A stretch of DNA of 64,000 nt. Origin: Cetorhinus maximus. Taxonomy: Eukaryota. The translations under genes and the position numbers were made by a program. This document shows, piece by piece, positions 62,098 to 64,000 of this stretch. The notes below the pieces were generated by a model. That model ran no database searches, had not been told where the DNA came from, and saw only the letters and a program-made list of their open reading frames with translations. How positions within the stretch are numbered: position 1 is the first letter of the stretch; the number at the start of each line of letters is the position of its first letter. Where the stretch lies: positions 14,012,001-14,076,000 of the forward strand of contig NC_135891.1 of the NCBI RefSeq assembly GCF_964194155.1. Direction: 5' to 3'.

Positions 62098-62255
62098 AAT
62101 CAGAAAAAATGCTGGAAGCCTGAATCAGAAACAGAAAAAAGCTAGAAACACGTAATAGAATCACAAGTCAACATTTCAGATTGGGTCCTTTTACAGAACT
62201 GAAAACTGAAAGATGAATAAGCATTTGATAATATCACAAATGGAGGAGGGAGAAG
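62098..62255 (-). mobile_element. Old Penelope pLTR remnant
   Basis: AATGCTGGAAGCCTGAA..AAACAGAAA..GCTAGAAA and ACATTTCAG..CAGAACTG. Confidence 0.45.
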
Positions 62256-62299
62256 GAGGGAAACTAACACAGGGGGGACTACCAGTTGAATATCTAGTA

Positions 62300-62412
62300 C
62301 CTTTCCCCTACTCCAGCACTTCACAACCAGTGGATTGCTGTTGAAGTGCAGTGTCACTGTTTTTACATAGGGAAATACAGCAGTCAGTTTGTACATAGGT
62401 CCCACAAAGAGC
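62300..62412 (-). mobile_element. DeuSINE-like fragment
   Basis: Reverse complement similar to 43390-43500. Confidence 0.5.
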
Positions 62413-62789
62413 AAAGTACTGAATGATCGGCTTAAAAAGCTCAAGGAGAAAAGCAGGAGATAGGCAGATGATTGAGATAATCTGTACACTGGGCAATAGA
62501 GGGAAGCATTAAAGACACATTAATAACAGTGGAGAAATAATTAACTTAGGCAGAGGAACCCCTGGGAAATAGCGGAGAGCCTGTAGATCAGGTTTGGAAA
62601 TAGAGCAGAAAACGTTGGCAAAACAAAGTGTGACAGTCCCAAGTGCACACACACACACAAAAAAAATCACCAGCTAACATTAAAGTCACACATTTCCCCT
62701 GTTAGTTTTGTGTCCTGACAACATGACTCTTCTCCCCACCCACCCCCCACCATTGTACAGCCACCACTCATGACTGACAGACTCGCACC

Positions 62790-63545
62790 ACATCAGCTAC
62801 GTCCCCGACTGTGAAAAAAATGGGAAGATATGGATATGACCTGAAGTTCATTTTCAGGCCAAAGGGCAGCAGAATGCCCAGAGGAAAAGAAGGTATTGTC
62901 CCTGGAACTGGTGCAGGGCTTCATTGGAACAGAGCAGAAGGCCAAAGATGGAGATGCCAGATTGGAAACGGAGAGGGAAGTTAAAATGCAGCGAGTGTCA
63001 GGCTTGAAGATAGATTGGAGGTTGACAACGAAGCAGGAATCTATGCTTGGTATTGTCATTTTACAGCAGGCCATACCATGAGCTGGGTGTCCAATATACC
63101 AGATTGGAAGAAGTATACTCAAACTCTCTGTCACCTGGAGTGAGCTTTGTGGCCCTGGACAGTGGTTTGGGAGGCGGAGTAGGGATCAAGGTTGTTAAAG
63201 GAGGAGAACAGAATGAGGGCAGAAGCACAAATAATGGGATGGGCTTAGACACGGGTCCTGCCAACCATTACAAAGGGGTCGAGCAAAAAAGTGGACGTTT
63301 CAGAAGTTCTGGTGCAGAAGCTGGAGCAGATAGAAAGGTGAAAGGAATGGTGTGGGTGTGAAAGGAAGCGAGGGGGTGAAGAACCATTATCCAAGTAGCT
63401 GTCATAAGCTCTGATATGGATGACTTGTCACAAGAGATAAAGTTAGAGAAGTACAGGAAAAAAAGAGTCAGAAGTGGGTCATGTGAAAAATGACAGATAG
63501 ATGGACATTGGAAGCCCAGTTAATGAAAGTAACAGGAAGCAGTGC
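62790..63545 (-). mobile_element. Highly decayed L2-like LINE remnant
   Basis: Pyrimidine-rich minus strand with weak resemblance to the L2 EN/tether region; no clean motif. Confidence 0.3.
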
Positions 63546-63554
63546 CAATACTAA

Positions 63555-63895
63555 GGGCGGAATATTCCGTGCCCGTTGGCGTCGGGCGTGTTTGGTGGCA
63601 TGAGTGGACGATATGGTGGGAAGGCCAAAAATTGGTTTCACGCCGTTGTGAAACCAGTTTGCGATCGTCCGCTCTGCAAACCAATGGCAGCTGCCTTTCC
63701 CTCTGCCAGATGTGGGGACTTCATTTTAATACACCTGCATATCATTAAAAGCCCTGCTTGCTCGAATCATCTCCCACATCAAATTTACCAGCCACATTGG
63801 TGGGAAAACACGTCGGTGCAGAACATGTCTTGACAAGCATGACGTGCAGAAGCTGGGACTGACCGTCAGGCCCTTGCTCACGTCGCAGGCGTCCG
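63555..63895 (-). mobile_element. Terminal fragment of the 58443-59685 Harbinger family
   Basis: Preceded by TAA; GGGCGGAATATT...; reverse-complement similarity to about 59430-59685. Confidence 0.85.
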
Positions 63896-64000
63896 AGCAG
63901 CAGTGATGGGGAAAAGAACATAGGTGATTGGGGGAGGGGAAAGTATGGAGGACCTAAAGACATACTTCATCAGTACCATTTTGCAAAATCAAAAGTGAAA

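Overview
Repeat-dominated vertebrate genomic DNA, most likely from a cartilaginous fish (inferred from the repeat families: CR1 LINEs with GACTCTAT/CACAGAAT-type tails, an L2/Crack-like LINE, DeuSINE-like SINEs, Penelope-like elements and many PIF/Harbinger elements). I found no intact host CDS, RNA gene or CRISPR array; most ORF-track entries are decayed TE fragments or noise. Two structures stand out. (1) A 3-kb Gypsy-type LTR element (24684-27657) in which gag-protease runs in frame into a host-like coiled-coil segment where RT/RNaseH/integrase should be. (2) A 459-bp chimeric insertion (60797-61255) made of an R2-clade RT fragment joined to a Penelope pseudo-LTR tail, flanked by an 8-bp target duplication and outside rDNA. 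Also present: a 111-bp-arm Penelope palindrome with hammerhead-like motifs, a multi-tier Harbinger system (transposase plus Myb partner, deletion derivatives, several MITE families), nested insertion stacks, a 1.3-kb purine tract and a candidate promoter at about 37.8-38.6 kb. All homology calls come from motif recognition by eye, not database searches.
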